From an uncultured Oligoflexus sp. (GTDB lineage Bacteria > Bdellovibrionota_B > Oligoflexia > Oligoflexales > Oligoflexaceae), in the NCBI GenBank assembly GCA_964236955.1, contig CAXSGP010000019.1:1-55142 (forward strand): DNA of 55,142 bases, given 5' to 3'. How positions within the stretch are numbered: position 1 is the first letter of the stretch; each line of letters opens with the position of its first letter. Under the pieces are notes generated by a model. That model had not been told where the DNA came from. It saw nothing but the letters and a program-made list of their open reading frames with translations, and made no database searches. This document shows positions 27,758 to 37,673 of the stretch, piece by piece. A program made the translations under genes and the position numbers.

Positions 27758-29506
27758 ATGACCTTTCTTGCCGATCACAACTGGAACATGTTTGCTTCGG
27801 CCATCCTAATCGATATCTGCCAGCGCTTTGGCAGCGATACTTTTTTCGTGTCGCCAGGATATCGCGATGCTCCTTTCATCGCCGCTTTGCAGCTGCGCGA
27901 CGACCTTACGTTGATCTCCTGCTGGGATGAACGGGCTGCGGCCTTTCAGGCCTTAGGCTGGGCCAAAGCCACGGGCCGGCCGGCGGTCCTCATTTGCACT
28001 TCAGGTACGGCAGGTGCGAATTATCTACCGGCGGTCATTGAAGCCAAGACCGATCATATTCCCCTTTTGATCATCACTGCCGACCGACCTTTTGATTTGG
28101 TTTTTGCCACCGCCCAGCAAGTCATCGATCAGAGAGATCTGTTTGGGAAATTTGTCAAACGAAGCCTTGATTTTCCTCCGCCCTCACCCTCCCTCAATAG
28201 CAAAGCCTGGATGTCCTATAGCCGCATGCTGCTTCAAACGAGCATCGAGGACAGGCCGGGCCCTGTGCATTTGAATCTGCCTTTTTCTGTACCCCTTGAC
28301 CCGGTGATCCATGACCAAAGGCCGTCAGGCGCGATCGTTGCCGCCACCGAAGCGGCAATCCTTCGCATGCATCGTGATGGCGAATATAAGACTCAGGCGC
28401 CTGGCCTCTCCAGTTTTATGGCGGCAACCTGGTCGCCGGAATTTCTTATGGAATTTCTGGATGATCTACGGGCTGCCCGGAGCGGCCTGCTCGTGGTGGG
28501 GAGGCTGCAGGATGAATACGAAAAAAATGCCATACGAATCTTGCGCGATCGCCTGGGCTGGCCTGTTTTTGCCGACATCGGTTCAGGCTTGAAGTTTGAG
28601 TCGGATCTTGAAATACCGGATTTAAATTTACCTCAAAGCCGCGCCCTGTTCGATCTATATGCTCCTGACTGTGTGCTACATGTCGGTAAGCGGCTGGTCA
28701 GCCGGCATTTCGATGATAGTCTACTACGCTGGGATGGGACCCGTTACTGGGTACTTACGCAGGAAGAACAGATTCAGGATCCCTATCATCTGCCTCAGCG
28801 GCGGCAGGCCCGTCCTGATTTCAAGCAGATTCTGAATCGACTTGAAGTGTTGCCGCGCAAAGAGGTCTGGAGCCGAAAAATTGCTTGTCTGACTTCGACA
28901 CTGAAAGCGGTGAAAAGCAGCTCATTTAATTTCCATGATGTGGCAATGACGATACGTGAGCAATCGCCTGCGCAGGTGTTTGTCGGCAATTCTACGGCCA
29001 TCCGCGCTTTTGATAGCTGGTGTTTTGGGGCGACGGGGCAGGCTATGGCTGTATCCGCGAACCGAGGCGTCAGCGGCATAGAGGGGCTCCTTGCAACCAC
29101 TATGGGCATGGCTTTGGCGACGGATAAGGTATGGACCCTGGTGATTGGCGATATCGCGATGCTGCATGATCTCAATTCGATCATCAGTCTGGCTCAAAGT
29201 CGAGCCCGGGTGATCGTCGTCATTGTCAATAATCTCGGAGGCCGCATCTTCGAAACGCTTCCGTTGCAAAAGTACGCCTGGGTTAAAGATCCCCTGATCT
29301 CGACCCCTCATCATTTTAATTTTGCCGGAATCTGCGCGATGGCTGGCCTTCCCTACAGCGAGTGCGAAAACCGCCTGCAATTTTCTGAGACCTACTTGGC
29401 AAGCCGTATGTCCGGCGTATCGTGTATCATTGAATGCAGTCAAGACGCCGAAGCTGACCTCATTTATTCACGAGCCCTGGCGGCTCAGGAGATTCCCTAT
29501 GAATAA
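27758..29506 (+). CDS. menD: SEPHCHC synthase
   Basis: SPGYRDAP, DERAAAF, CTSGTAGANYLPAVIEA, TADRP, ANRGVSGIEG, GDIAMLHDLNS, NNLGGRIF. Confidence 0.93.
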   Translation: MTFLADHNWNMFASAILIDICQRFGSDTFFVSPGYRDAPFIAALQLRDDLTLISCWDERAAAFQALGWAKATGRPAVLICTSGTAGANYLPAVIEAKTDHIPLLIITADRPFDLVFATAQQVIDQRDLFGKFVKRSLDFPPPSPSLNSKAWMSYSRMLLQTSIEDRPGPVHLNLPFSVPLDPVIHDQRPSGAIVAATEAAILRMHRDGEYKTQAPGLSSFMAATWSPEFLMEFLDDLRAARSGLLVVGRLQDEYEKNAIRILRDRLGWPVFADIGSGLKFESDLEIPDLNLPQSRALFDLYAPDCVLHVGKRLVSRHFDDSLLRWDGTRYWVLTQEEQIQDPYHLPQRRQARPDFKQILNRLEVLPRKEVWSRKIACLTSTLKAVKSSSFNFHDVAMTIREQSPAQVFVGNSTAIRAFDSWCFGATGQAMAVSANRGVSGIEGLLATTMGMALATDKVWTLVIGDIAMLHDLNSIISLAQSRARVIVVIVNNLGGRIFETLPLQKYAWVKDPLISTPHHFNFAGICAMAGLPYSECENRLQFSETYLASRMSGVSCIIECSQDAEADLIYSRALAAQEIPYE

Positions 29507-30425
29507 TACCATCTCGTTGCCTAAAGCCGTGGCGATGGCCATTCGTCCACCGACCCTTCTCACTGGTTTGGCGCCGGTGATACTAGGACTGACCTTTGGC
29601 TTAAAACCTGTCCTTTACGGCGATCGATCCCTGCGCCTGTCGCAGGTCATCATCTGCCTCTTTGCCTGTCTCCTCGTGCTCCTCCTGCAATCGGCCGCCA
29701 ATCTTGTCAATGATGCAAAAGACGCCGAGAAAGGGATTGATACCGCCGCCCGTCTCGGTCCGACGCGTGTGGTACAAAGTGGAATTCTGTCCAGACATTT
29801 TGTGCGAATGGCTTATAGTTTATGCTTCGTGCTTGCTGGGCTCATCGTTTTAGGAATGTTCTATTGGACTAAGGATTGGCTGGTCATCGCCGTTGCCGGT
29901 CTTTGTGGACTTGCAGCCTTTGCCTATACCGCTGGCCCTTTTCCCCTTTCCTATTTTGCTCTGGGTGAAATCATCGCCTTCCTTTTCTTCGGACCGGTTG
30001 CCGTAATGGGCAGTGCCTATCTGCAAACGGGGGTAATTGATTGGGGCGTTGCATTCTGGGGGGCGGGTTGCGGATTTATTTCAGCGGCAATCATGGCCAT
30101 CAATAATTTTCGCGACCGGACCAGCGATTCCAAGGCTGGGAAACACACCCTCAGCACTCTGCTGGGCCACGAGTTTGGCAAAAAGCTGCCAGTGATATTG
30201 GTATGCCTGAGCATGCTTATCCTCATCCTCTACTGCGCGAACCACGAGGTCATAGGGCTGGGGCTAATCGGTTGCGTGGGGGCTCTTCTTTACCTGACCC
30301 GCCGGATTCTGCCGGCCTTGAATGCTAAAGGGCCCAGCATCAATCTCTCGTTAAAATATACCGCCCAGTACAATCTTTTTTATGCCCTCTATTTCATGCT
30401 GTGTGTGAGCTTCGGTTCTCTATGA
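29499..30425 (+). CDS. menA: 1,4-dihydroxy-2-naphthoate polyprenyltransferase
   Basis: RPPTL, NLVNDAKD..KGID..RLGP, YTAGPFPLSY..LGE, NNFRD..D..AGKHTL; start at ATG 29499. Confidence 0.92.
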   Translation: MNNTISLPKAVAMAIRPPTLLTGLAPVILGLTFGLKPVLYGDRSLRLSQVIICLFACLLVLLLQSAANLVNDAKDAEKGIDTAARLGPTRVVQSGILSRHFVRMAYSLCFVLAGLIVLGMFYWTKDWLVIAVAGLCGLAAFAYTAGPFPLSYFALGEIIAFLFFGPVAVMGSAYLQTGVIDWGVAFWGAGCGFISAAIMAINNFRDRTSDSKAGKHTLSTLLGHEFGKKLPVILVCLSMLILILYCANHEVIGLGLIGCVGALLYLTRRILPALNAKGPSINLSLKYTAQYNLFYALYFMLCVSFGSL

Positions 30426-31402
30426 GACCGCGTATCAGTATGTTCCGAATGGACTTGCCGCTTTGTCGCGCTATTCCCGTTAAAGGGCAGGAGGCAGTCG
30501 CACGCACTATTCTGCGACTGCTGGAGGAGGATGAGGAGGGGGTTCGTTGGACCGCGGATTGTTCGCCTCTCGCCGGCTTTCATCAGGAAAGCATTGACGA
30601 AAGTTTTGAGTCAGCGCGCCGATATTTTTCTTCGCCAGCCCCACCGGCAGGCGGCGACCTGCCCATAAGTCTAAAAACCTCGTTAGAAATCCTTCGCTGG
30701 CAGAAACTGTTGCCCAAGCCGCGACCCATCGCCGGTTCATTTGAGAATACTGCGCTCTTGAAGGTGCCGCCGCGCTCTGAATATGAGGCTGTTTTCGCAG
30801 CGGTGGCGGCGGCAAGGGTCTGCAAGGTGAAGATCGGCGCGCACGATCTCAAACTATGCCGAACATTTTTAATCGAACTTTGCGCGCAGCGCCCTGACAG
30901 GGAACTGCGTATCGACTTTAATCAAACCCTGGGACTCAGCGATATCAAAGCGGTCACGGCGCTTCTCAAAGGATTGCCGATCGCCTACATCGAAGAGCCA
31001 TGCTCGCCAATAAAAGACCTGAAAATCTTTGCCCGGGCTCTTCCTCTGGCCTTGGATGAGAGCCTGGGACTTGATGCTGAACTGGATCGCATCGCCAAAG
31101 CCTGGGTCATCAAACCCAATCGCGTGGGATGGTGGCAGTCGCTTGCGCGTTTTTCTGATGAAGGTCCCCAGCAAAAGATTCTGAGCAATGTGTTTGAAAG
31201 TCTTGAGACCCTTCAGCTCTATGCATGGGCCTATCGTCAGGCCGTGGTCAAGGCCGAGGCCTGTGGGCTCGGCACTGCCTTTTATATGGCTGACGAGGTC
31301 CCGGAAGGGGCCTGGAATCCAAAGACCTATCGCGGCGTATGGCCCTCGCACCCCATCGCTGTTTCAGTCAAAACAGAGGGAGATCTCGTATGGCAAAATT
31401 AA
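30422..31402 (+). CDS. menC: o-succinylbenzoate synthase
   Basis: SPLAGFHQES, KVKIG, LRIDFNQ, YIEEP, LALDESL, VIKP; ATGA overlap with menA. Confidence 0.85.
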   Translation: MRPRISMFRMDLPLCRAIPVKGQEAVARTILRLLEEDEEGVRWTADCSPLAGFHQESIDESFESARRYFSSPAPPAGGDLPISLKTSLEILRWQKLLPKPRPIAGSFENTALLKVPPRSEYEAVFAAVAAARVCKVKIGAHDLKLCRTFLIELCAQRPDRELRIDFNQTLGLSDIKAVTALLKGLPIAYIEEPCSPIKDLKIFARALPLALDESLGLDAELDRIAKAWVIKPNRVGWWQSLARFSDEGPQQKILSNVFESLETLQLYAWAYRQAVVKAEACGLGTAFYMADEVPEGAWNPKTYRGVWPSHPIAVSVKTEGDLVWQN

Positions 31403-32778
31403 ATCTGTTCGATTTTGCGCAGGGCCAGGGTGAGGAGATTTTCTGGGAAGACCGGGAAGCGCGTTATTCCTTTGACGGGATCAAGGATAGGGCGCTGGCT
31501 CACAGCACTCTTTTTGCCGATGTCGCAGCGGGGTCCATTTGTGCGCTTTCAGGCTTTTCGCCTTTGGAAATATGGGTGCTCATGCTCTCTGCCTGGAATA
31601 AAAAACTGGCAGTTCTGCCTTTTGCAGCTGATGCAACGCAGGCCAGCATCGACCTTGCTCTGAATCAATTGCCCTGGTCTCTTCATCTCAAGCGCCGGGC
31701 AGGACCGGGAACGGCCTCAATCCCGGTCGAAACGGAAAAATGCGCACGGGCGTTTTCGGCGACGGCTGGCGATGTTTTTATTATGACGTCGGGAAGCACA
31801 GGCGTGCCGAAGGCCATATCGCATCATCTCGATGGCCTCGCCGTCTCGGCGCGGGCTACGCTGGCTTTTTATGAGTGGCAGCCTCGCGCGAGTTGGCTTC
31901 TGAGCCTTGATCCCTCGCATATTGGTGGCCTGCAGATTCTCCTTAGGGTCTGGCTTGGTCGCGGACTTTGTTTTTATGGAGGGGCACCCAAGGACGTGGG
32001 CCTGGCGCTGCAGTCTCGCGCCTGTGATTATCTCTCGCTGGTTCCAACGCAGCTCATTCGCCTGCTGGAAGAGGAACGAAACGCCCAGCCGCTGCGCAAG
32101 GCCAAAGCCATCCTCCTCGGTGGTGCTGCGGCCCAGACCAGTCTGCTTGATGAAATAAGACAGCGAAGGCTAGCAGTCTCGATTACTTATGGCTCGAGTG
32201 AAACTGCGTCACAAATTACTGGGTTTAAGCCGGGAGACATTCCCAAAGATAAAGAAGATGTGGGAAACGTGCTTGGCATTTGGGACGTGGCGGCCTCTGC
32301 GGAAGGAGATCTTTGGATTAAAGGTCCGGCCTTGATGCTGGGCTATTGGCAAAATCAGCTTTGGTTTCCCCTGACGGAAAAGACCTACCTGCTTTCGGAT
32401 CAAGGGCGCCTGGTCGCTGGCAGACTCTACCTGGAAGGACGGCGGGATCAGGTCTTTCAAGTGGGCGGAGAGAATGTTGCCCCGGCTGAAATCTTGCGTG
32501 CCATCGAATCCATTTATCCCGTGAGCGATTTGCTTGTCATGGCCAAGGTCGACGCAACCTTTGGGTTTATTCCCCTCCTCATCGTGAGAAGTCGGTATCG
32601 ACCCAAACTGTCGGCCTTGCTTGAGGCCTTGGTAAGTTTGCCACCGATAAAACGGCCCAGGGAAATTTGGTGGTTTCAAACGGATGAAGTCAGTAAGCTT
32701 TCTAAGGCCCATCTTGAACATCTCCTCAGCGTAGAAGATGACCACATGCAACGGTTATGGAAATATGAAAAAATATGA
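31390..32778 (+). CDS. menE: o-succinylbenzoate-CoA ligase
   Basis: TSGSTGVPKA, WLLSL..HIGGL, SLVPTQL, TYGSSETASQ, GRRD..GGENV. Confidence 0.88.
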   Translation: MAKLNLFDFAQGQGEEIFWEDREARYSFDGIKDRALAHSTLFADVAAGSICALSGFSPLEIWVLMLSAWNKKLAVLPFAADATQASIDLALNQLPWSLHLKRRAGPGTASIPVETEKCARAFSATAGDVFIMTSGSTGVPKAISHHLDGLAVSARATLAFYEWQPRASWLLSLDPSHIGGLQILLRVWLGRGLCFYGGAPKDVGLALQSRACDYLSLVPTQLIRLLEEERNAQPLRKAKAILLGGAAAQTSLLDEIRQRRLAVSITYGSSETASQITGFKPGDIPKDKEDVGNVLGIWDVAASAEGDLWIKGPALMLGYWQNQLWFPLTEKTYLLSDQGRLVAGRLYLEGRRDQVFQVGGENVAPAEILRAIESIYPVSDLLVMAKVDATFGFIPLLIVRSRYRPKLSALLEALVSLPPIKRPREIWWFQTDEVSKLSKAHLEHLLSVEDDHMQRLWKYEKI

Positions 32779-34018
32779 TTTTTTGGTCATTGGTGGTGGA
32801 GCTGCAGGCTTTTTTGCAGCTTTGAATTGTGCTGAACATAGTCCAGGACTCACGGTGGGCATTTTTGAGGCGACGCCCCGCGTTTTAAGCAAAGTCAAAA
32901 TATCTGGCGGTGGCCGCTGCAATGTGACCCATAATTGCTTCGATCCCCGGCAGTTAATCCGCCATTATCCCCGCGGCTCCAAGGAGCTTTTGGGGCCTTT
33001 TCATAAATTTGGACCTCAGCAGACCATCGCTTGGTTTAAAGACCATGGCGTCGAACTCAAGGCGGAAGCCGATGGTCGCATGTTTCCCGTAACCGATAGT
33101 TCGCAGACTATCATCGACTGCTTTCAATCAATGGTTCTAAAAAACGGCATTGAATTGAGACTGAAGGCCCTCGTTGAGTCCGTGACGAAAACCGATACTG
33201 GCTTTGTCGTCTTCCTAAAGGGCGGTGAGCAGGTGCTGGCCACCACCCTGCTTTTAGCCACCGGGAGTGCGACCTTCGGCTGGAACGTCGTCAAGGGTCT
33301 GGGGCATACCCTGGTCGAGCCCAATCCTTCGCTCTTCACCTTCGAGATCGACCATCCCTTGCTTAAAGGCTTGCCCGGGCTAAGTTTTACGGCGACTACC
33401 GCCGAGTTGCGATCGGCGACGGCAGGCTATGTTCAGGAAGGACCTATGCTTATCACGCATTGGGGCCTGAGTGGGCCTGCGGTGCTGAGACTATCCGCTT
33501 TTGGGGCGCGGGTATTGGCCGCCAGCAATTATCACGCTGATTTGTTCGTGAACTTCGAAGGCCGCATGAAGAGCGATGAGCTTTTCGAAATTCTCATGCG
33601 CTGCAAAGATCAGGATGCCAGAAAAAAAATCAGCAGCGTGAATCCTTTGCAGGGGCCAAGGCGCTTTTGGGAGGCCTTGCTTGAATACTCCGGATTTAGC
33701 CCCGATAAACTCTGGGCCGATGCCTCGAAAAAGGACTTGATAAGGCTTGCTGAACTCGTGACCCGCTTCCCATTTCAGATCAAGGGCAAAGGCGCCTTCA
33801 AAGAAGAATTTGTGACAGCCGGTGGCGTAGCGCGCTCGGAAATAGATTTCCGCAGCTTTCAAAGCAAGTTGATTCCAGGCCTGTATTTGGCTGGTGAAGT
33901 CATCGATATCGATGGAATCACGGGCGGCTTCAACTTTCAAAACGCCTGGACCGGGGCGCACCTGGCTGGCGTTTCCGCTGCTGAAACAGTCAAGGCCCTT
34001 GGCATACTCTCCTCGTAA
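32765..34018 (+). CDS. HI0933/YhiN (BaiN-like) flavoprotein
   Basis: GGGAAG, KVKISGGGRCNVTH, EADGRMFP, LITHWGLSGPA, EFVTAGGV, GEVIDIDGITGGFNFQ. Confidence 0.9.
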   Translation: MKKYDFLVIGGGAAGFFAALNCAEHSPGLTVGIFEATPRVLSKVKISGGGRCNVTHNCFDPRQLIRHYPRGSKELLGPFHKFGPQQTIAWFKDHGVELKAEADGRMFPVTDSSQTIIDCFQSMVLKNGIELRLKALVESVTKTDTGFVVFLKGGEQVLATTLLLATGSATFGWNVVKGLGHTLVEPNPSLFTFEIDHPLLKGLPGLSFTATTAELRSATAGYVQEGPMLITHWGLSGPAVLRLSAFGARVLAASNYHADLFVNFEGRMKSDELFEILMRCKDQDARKKISSVNPLQGPRRFWEALLEYSGFSPDKLWADASKKDLIRLAELVTRFPFQIKGKGAFKEEFVTAGGVARSEIDFRSFQSKLIPGLYLAGEVIDIDGITGGFNFQNAWTGAHLAGVSAAETVKALGILSS

Positions 34019-34054
34019 TTGGCCCTTGGCATACCCACCCCGTAATTGGCCCTT
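33994..34054 (+). repeat. 27-bp tandem repeat, two full units plus a partial third, spanning the flavoprotein stop
   Basis: GGCCCTTGGCATACTCTCCTCGTAATT / GGCCCTTGGCATACCCACCCCGTAATT / GGCCCTT. Confidence 0.85.
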
Positions 34055-34491
34055 TTTTAGACAGGGCGGTGTCGTCATAGAATTCATGGGTAGGAGCCTC
34101 CCCAGGTCGTCGACAGGCAAAAGCCATAAATACAGCGAGTGACTGGGTGAGGGGGACCTGCAGGAATTTTCCTCATTTCCCTGGAACCGGGAGATCTTTG
34201 CGGCCGCGGCAGCGTGGTGACCAAGAAGTGGATTTTTATTATCAATAATATCAACCGATTGCGTTTTCAAAAAACGCCGATCCTTTGGTAGCTCGGGAGA
34301 AGGACTCAGTTCAAATTATTGGGTTTTTCGGGCGCTTGCCAGGATACTTCAGTCCCGTAACATTTTTGAAGACCCCCACACATTCCAAAAAGAAGCCTTC
34401 TACTCGATGTAAAAGTAGTGATAACTGATAGGGAGAGGCATAAAATCCCATAGCATTGGTTTTCCCAGCGGGGCCGGTCGAAGGAGTTCAG

Positions 34492-36006
34492 GTGCGTTTC
34501 TTTCCAAGCCTAAAAGATCTCGAAACCTTAGCCTCATTGAAAGATGGATCGAGTTATCTGCCCGTGACTCTGGAACTGCCGGCGGATGTGCTGACTCCGG
34601 TCATTGCCTTCCTAAGGCTGCGGGCGACCGGTGCTCAAAAGATGTTTCTTCTGGAAAGTGCCGAAGGTGGTGAGCAGGTCGGCCGCTATTCTTTTTTGGG
34701 CATCGATCCCTTTGCTTCGCTCGTCAGCACACGAGGAAAAATGAGGTTCGAGGAGTTTGAGGGCGACGAAAGAGTGGTGGAGGAGCATGCTACTTCTTTT
34801 GCAAAGATAGGCGAATATCTAAGGCGTTACGCCAGCCCTAAAATCAGTGATCTACCGCCTTTTATGGGCGGTGCGTTGGGCTATGTAGCCTACGATAGTG
34901 TGCGCTTTCTTGAAGATATTCCTTTGCCCGAGGATGCCTACACCGAAAACGATCTCAATTTCATGTTCTTCAAAACCATCCTCGTCTTCGATCGGCTCCG
35001 GCATCGGCTGCATCTCGTGCACCTCATCCCCAAAACGGAGGACCGACTTGAGTTTGATTACAATCATGCCGGCGAAACCCTGCTCAAAATAAAATCGAGG
35101 CTGATGCAGGCTGCGGGTTCCGAGGAGTTACTTGAGCTTTCCTTTGCCATGCTGAAGGAGGTGGAGCCAATCGCCAGCGAGGCAAAGCTTGGCAAAGATC
35201 GATTTTGCGCCGGCGTGAAAAAGATCAAAGAGCATATTCGCAAAGGTGATATCTTTCAGTGCGTCCTGTCAGATCGATTTACCTTTGCCGTCAGGAGTGA
35301 TACCTTCCTCATCTATCGCATTCTGCGCATGATCAATCCCTCGCCCTACCTCTATTATCTGCAGTTCGGCAATGAGACCTTGCTGGGGTCCTCACCCGAG
35401 ATGTTGATAAGGACTCAGGGCCGCCAGGTAGAAACTTGCCCCATTGCCGGCACGCGGCCGCGGGGGAAAACCGAGGACCAGGATCATAAATACGAGCGCG
35501 ATCTGCTGGCGAGTGTCAAGGAACGCGCCGAGCACCTTATGCTAGTCGATCTGGGCCGGAATGATATCGGTCGCGTGAGTCAGGCGGGAACCGTTAAAGT
35601 CAAATCCTTCATGCAGGTCGAACGCTATTCACACGTTATGCATCTCGTCAGCCGCGTGCATGGAACCATGCGTAAGCAATTGACGCCCTGGGATGCATTG
35701 GGGGCTTGTTTTCCCGCAGGAACCTTAAGTGGGGCTCCAAAAATCAAAGCGATGCACATCATCGGCCAAATCGAGGGAAGCCAAAGGGGTCCTTATGGGG
35801 GGGCGATTATCTGTCAGGATTTTGGAGGGGATCTCAATACCTGTATCACCATCCGCAGTCTCTATGTTCGGGACGGTGTGGGATTTGCTCAGGCCGGAGC
35901 CGGAATCGTTGCCGATTCGCTGGCGGAAAATGAATATACCGAGGTTTTAAATAAAGCCAGGGCGATGCGCACTGCGGTTGCCGCCGCTGCGGAGGTGAGT
36001 CGGTGA
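34492..36006 (+). CDS. trpE: anthranilate synthase component I
   Basis: LLESAEGGEQVGRYS, NPSPY, PIAGTRPRG, KERAEHLMLVDLGRND, GTLSGAPK; GTG start after GAAGGAG. Confidence 0.95.
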   Translation: MRFFPSLKDLETLASLKDGSSYLPVTLELPADVLTPVIAFLRLRATGAQKMFLLESAEGGEQVGRYSFLGIDPFASLVSTRGKMRFEEFEGDERVVEEHATSFAKIGEYLRRYASPKISDLPPFMGGALGYVAYDSVRFLEDIPLPEDAYTENDLNFMFFKTILVFDRLRHRLHLVHLIPKTEDRLEFDYNHAGETLLKIKSRLMQAAGSEELLELSFAMLKEVEPIASEAKLGKDRFCAGVKKIKEHIRKGDIFQCVLSDRFTFAVRSDTFLIYRILRMINPSPYLYYLQFGNETLLGSSPEMLIRTQGRQVETCPIAGTRPRGKTEDQDHKYERDLLASVKERAEHLMLVDLGRNDIGRVSQAGTVKVKSFMQVERYSHVMHLVSRVHGTMRKQLTPWDALGACFPAGTLSGAPKIKAMHIIGQIEGSQRGPYGGAIICQDFGGDLNTCITIRSLYVRDGVGFAQAGAGIVADSLAENEYTEVLNKARAMRTAVAAAAEVSR

Positions 36007-36581
36007 TACTCCTGATCGACAATTATGATTCCTTCACTTTCAATGTCGAGCAGTACCTGGCTGAACTGGGGCAGAGGGTAAAGGTGGTCCGCAATGATAA
36101 AATCAGCCTGGCCCAAATCCAGAAGATGAGTCCTCAAGCGATCGTCATTTCCCCCGGGCCCGGTAACCCGGATGAGGCAGGGATCACTTTAGAAGCGATA
36201 AAGACCTTTGCCGGGAGAATACCCTTGCTCGGTATCTGTCTTGGACACCAGGCGATGGGGCAGGTGTTTGGGGGCAAAATAAAGCGTGCGCCGCGTCTTA
36301 TGCATGGCAAGACCTCGATGATCAAACACGATGGCAAAGGCCTGTTTAAAGGGCTGCCCACTTCGATCGAGGTCACACGTTACCATTCCCTTCATGTGGA
36401 GGCGGACTCGCTGCCTTCCTGCTTCAAAGTCACGGCAACGGCTGAAGATGGGGTCATTATGGGTCTCAGACACAAAAAGTTTTTGCTGGAGGGGGTTCAG
36501 TTCCATCCTGAATCCTACAAGACGGAACACGGTCATCGGATGTTGGATAATTTTCTCAAACTTGCGTTCGGAGAATCATGA
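36003..36581 (+). CDS. trpG: anthranilate synthase component II
   Basis: IDNYDSFT, ISPGPG, GICLGHQ, GVQFHPES. Confidence 0.93.
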   Translation: MILLIDNYDSFTFNVEQYLAELGQRVKVVRNDKISLAQIQKMSPQAIVISPGPGNPDEAGITLEAIKTFAGRIPLLGICLGHQAMGQVFGGKIKRAPRLMHGKTSMIKHDGKGLFKGLPTSIEVTRYHSLHVEADSLPSCFKVTATAEDGVIMGLRHKKFLLEGVQFHPESYKTEHGHRMLDNFLKLAFGES

Positions 36582-37588
36582 TGAAAGCCTTTCTCAGCCG
36601 TCTCTTTCAAGGCCAGTCCCTGACCCGGGTCGAAGCTCGCGAGGCGATGCTGATGATCATGGACGGTCAGGCTTCGGCGGAAGAACTTGCCGGTTTTCTA
36701 GGGGCGATTGCCTCCCGAGGCGAGACGAGGGCCGAGCTGGTCGGCTGCGTCGAAGCGATGCGTATGCGCGCTTTGCCCTTTCCCGTTGAGCGAAAGGATT
36801 TGATCGATGTCTGTGGCACGGGGGGCGATGGGGCTGATACCTTCAATGTGTCGACCACCAGTGCCCTTTTATTGGCATCGGCCGGCCTTGGGGTCGTGAA
36901 GCATGGAAATCGTGCGGTCTCAAGTCTAAGCGGTAGTGCGGACGTGCTGGAGAAGCTCAATATTACGATCGACGGCAGTCCGGAGGAGCTGATCGATACC
37001 ATCACCCGTCTTGGATTTGTCTTTCTCTTTGCCCAGAGATTTCACCCGGCCATGCAACATGTTGCTGGGGTTCGTAAGGCATTGGGCGTAAGAACGCTTT
37101 TTAATCTCCTGGGCCCATTGGCGAATCCTGCGCCGGTGAAGCGACAGGTAATCGGTGTCTATGAAGAAAAACTGGTAGCTCTCGTGGCCGATGCCATGCT
37201 TGATCTCGGTACCGAGGAAGGCCTTGTTGTCTGGGGCGAGGATGGAATCGATGAGATCAGCATTTCAGGGCCAACGCGGGTCGCTCACCTCAAGGATGGT
37301 TCGGTGCAGTATCATCGGTTGACGCCTGAGGATTTTGGTTTGACGCGGGCACCGCGGGAAGCCCTCAAGGGTGGTGCGAGCGAAGTCAATGCCATGATCA
37401 CTCTTAATATTTTTGAAGGGGAGCCCGGTCCAAGGCGGGATATCGTTGTGATGAACGCGGCTGCCGCGCTGGTTGTTTCAGGTATAGCCAAGAATTGGCT
37501 GGAAGGGGCTCGATTCGCGGAGCATTTGCTTGACAGTGGGCAGGCCTTGGCCAAGGTAAGAGACCTGCAGGCAGCCCATCGCGTCTGA
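36578..37588 (+). CDS. trpD: anthranilate phosphoribosyltransferase
   Basis: DVCGTGGDG..TFNVST, KHGNRAVSS..GSADVLE, RTLFNLLGPL. Confidence 0.95.
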   Translation: MMKAFLSRLFQGQSLTRVEAREAMLMIMDGQASAEELAGFLGAIASRGETRAELVGCVEAMRMRALPFPVERKDLIDVCGTGGDGADTFNVSTTSALLLASAGLGVVKHGNRAVSSLSGSADVLEKLNITIDGSPEELIDTITRLGFVFLFAQRFHPAMQHVAGVRKALGVRTLFNLLGPLANPAPVKRQVIGVYEEKLVALVADAMLDLGTEEGLVVWGEDGIDEISISGPTRVAHLKDGSVQYHRLTPEDFGLTRAPREALKGGASEVNAMITLNIFEGEPGPRRDIVVMNAAAALVVSGIAKNWLEGARFAEHLLDSGQALAKVRDLQAAHRV

Positions 37589-37673
37589 CGCCGGGTCCAG
37601 AGCTATGAATAAGGTCTATAAATAATCGCCGCCCGGGCCAAGAGGAAACTTTGAATTGAGGAGGAGCAGCACG

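Noticed and set aside
33994..34054. 27-bp repeat as a mini-CRISPR
   Set aside because: Units are head-to-tail with no spacers
34086..34220. trp leader peptide
   Set aside because: The ATG ORF (MGRSLPRSSTGKSHKYSE) has no Trp; the Trp codons lie after its stop and no attenuator hairpin follows
34399..34417. TrpR operator
   Set aside because: Half-sites and spacing differ from GTACT-N8-AGTAC and no trpR is in the window
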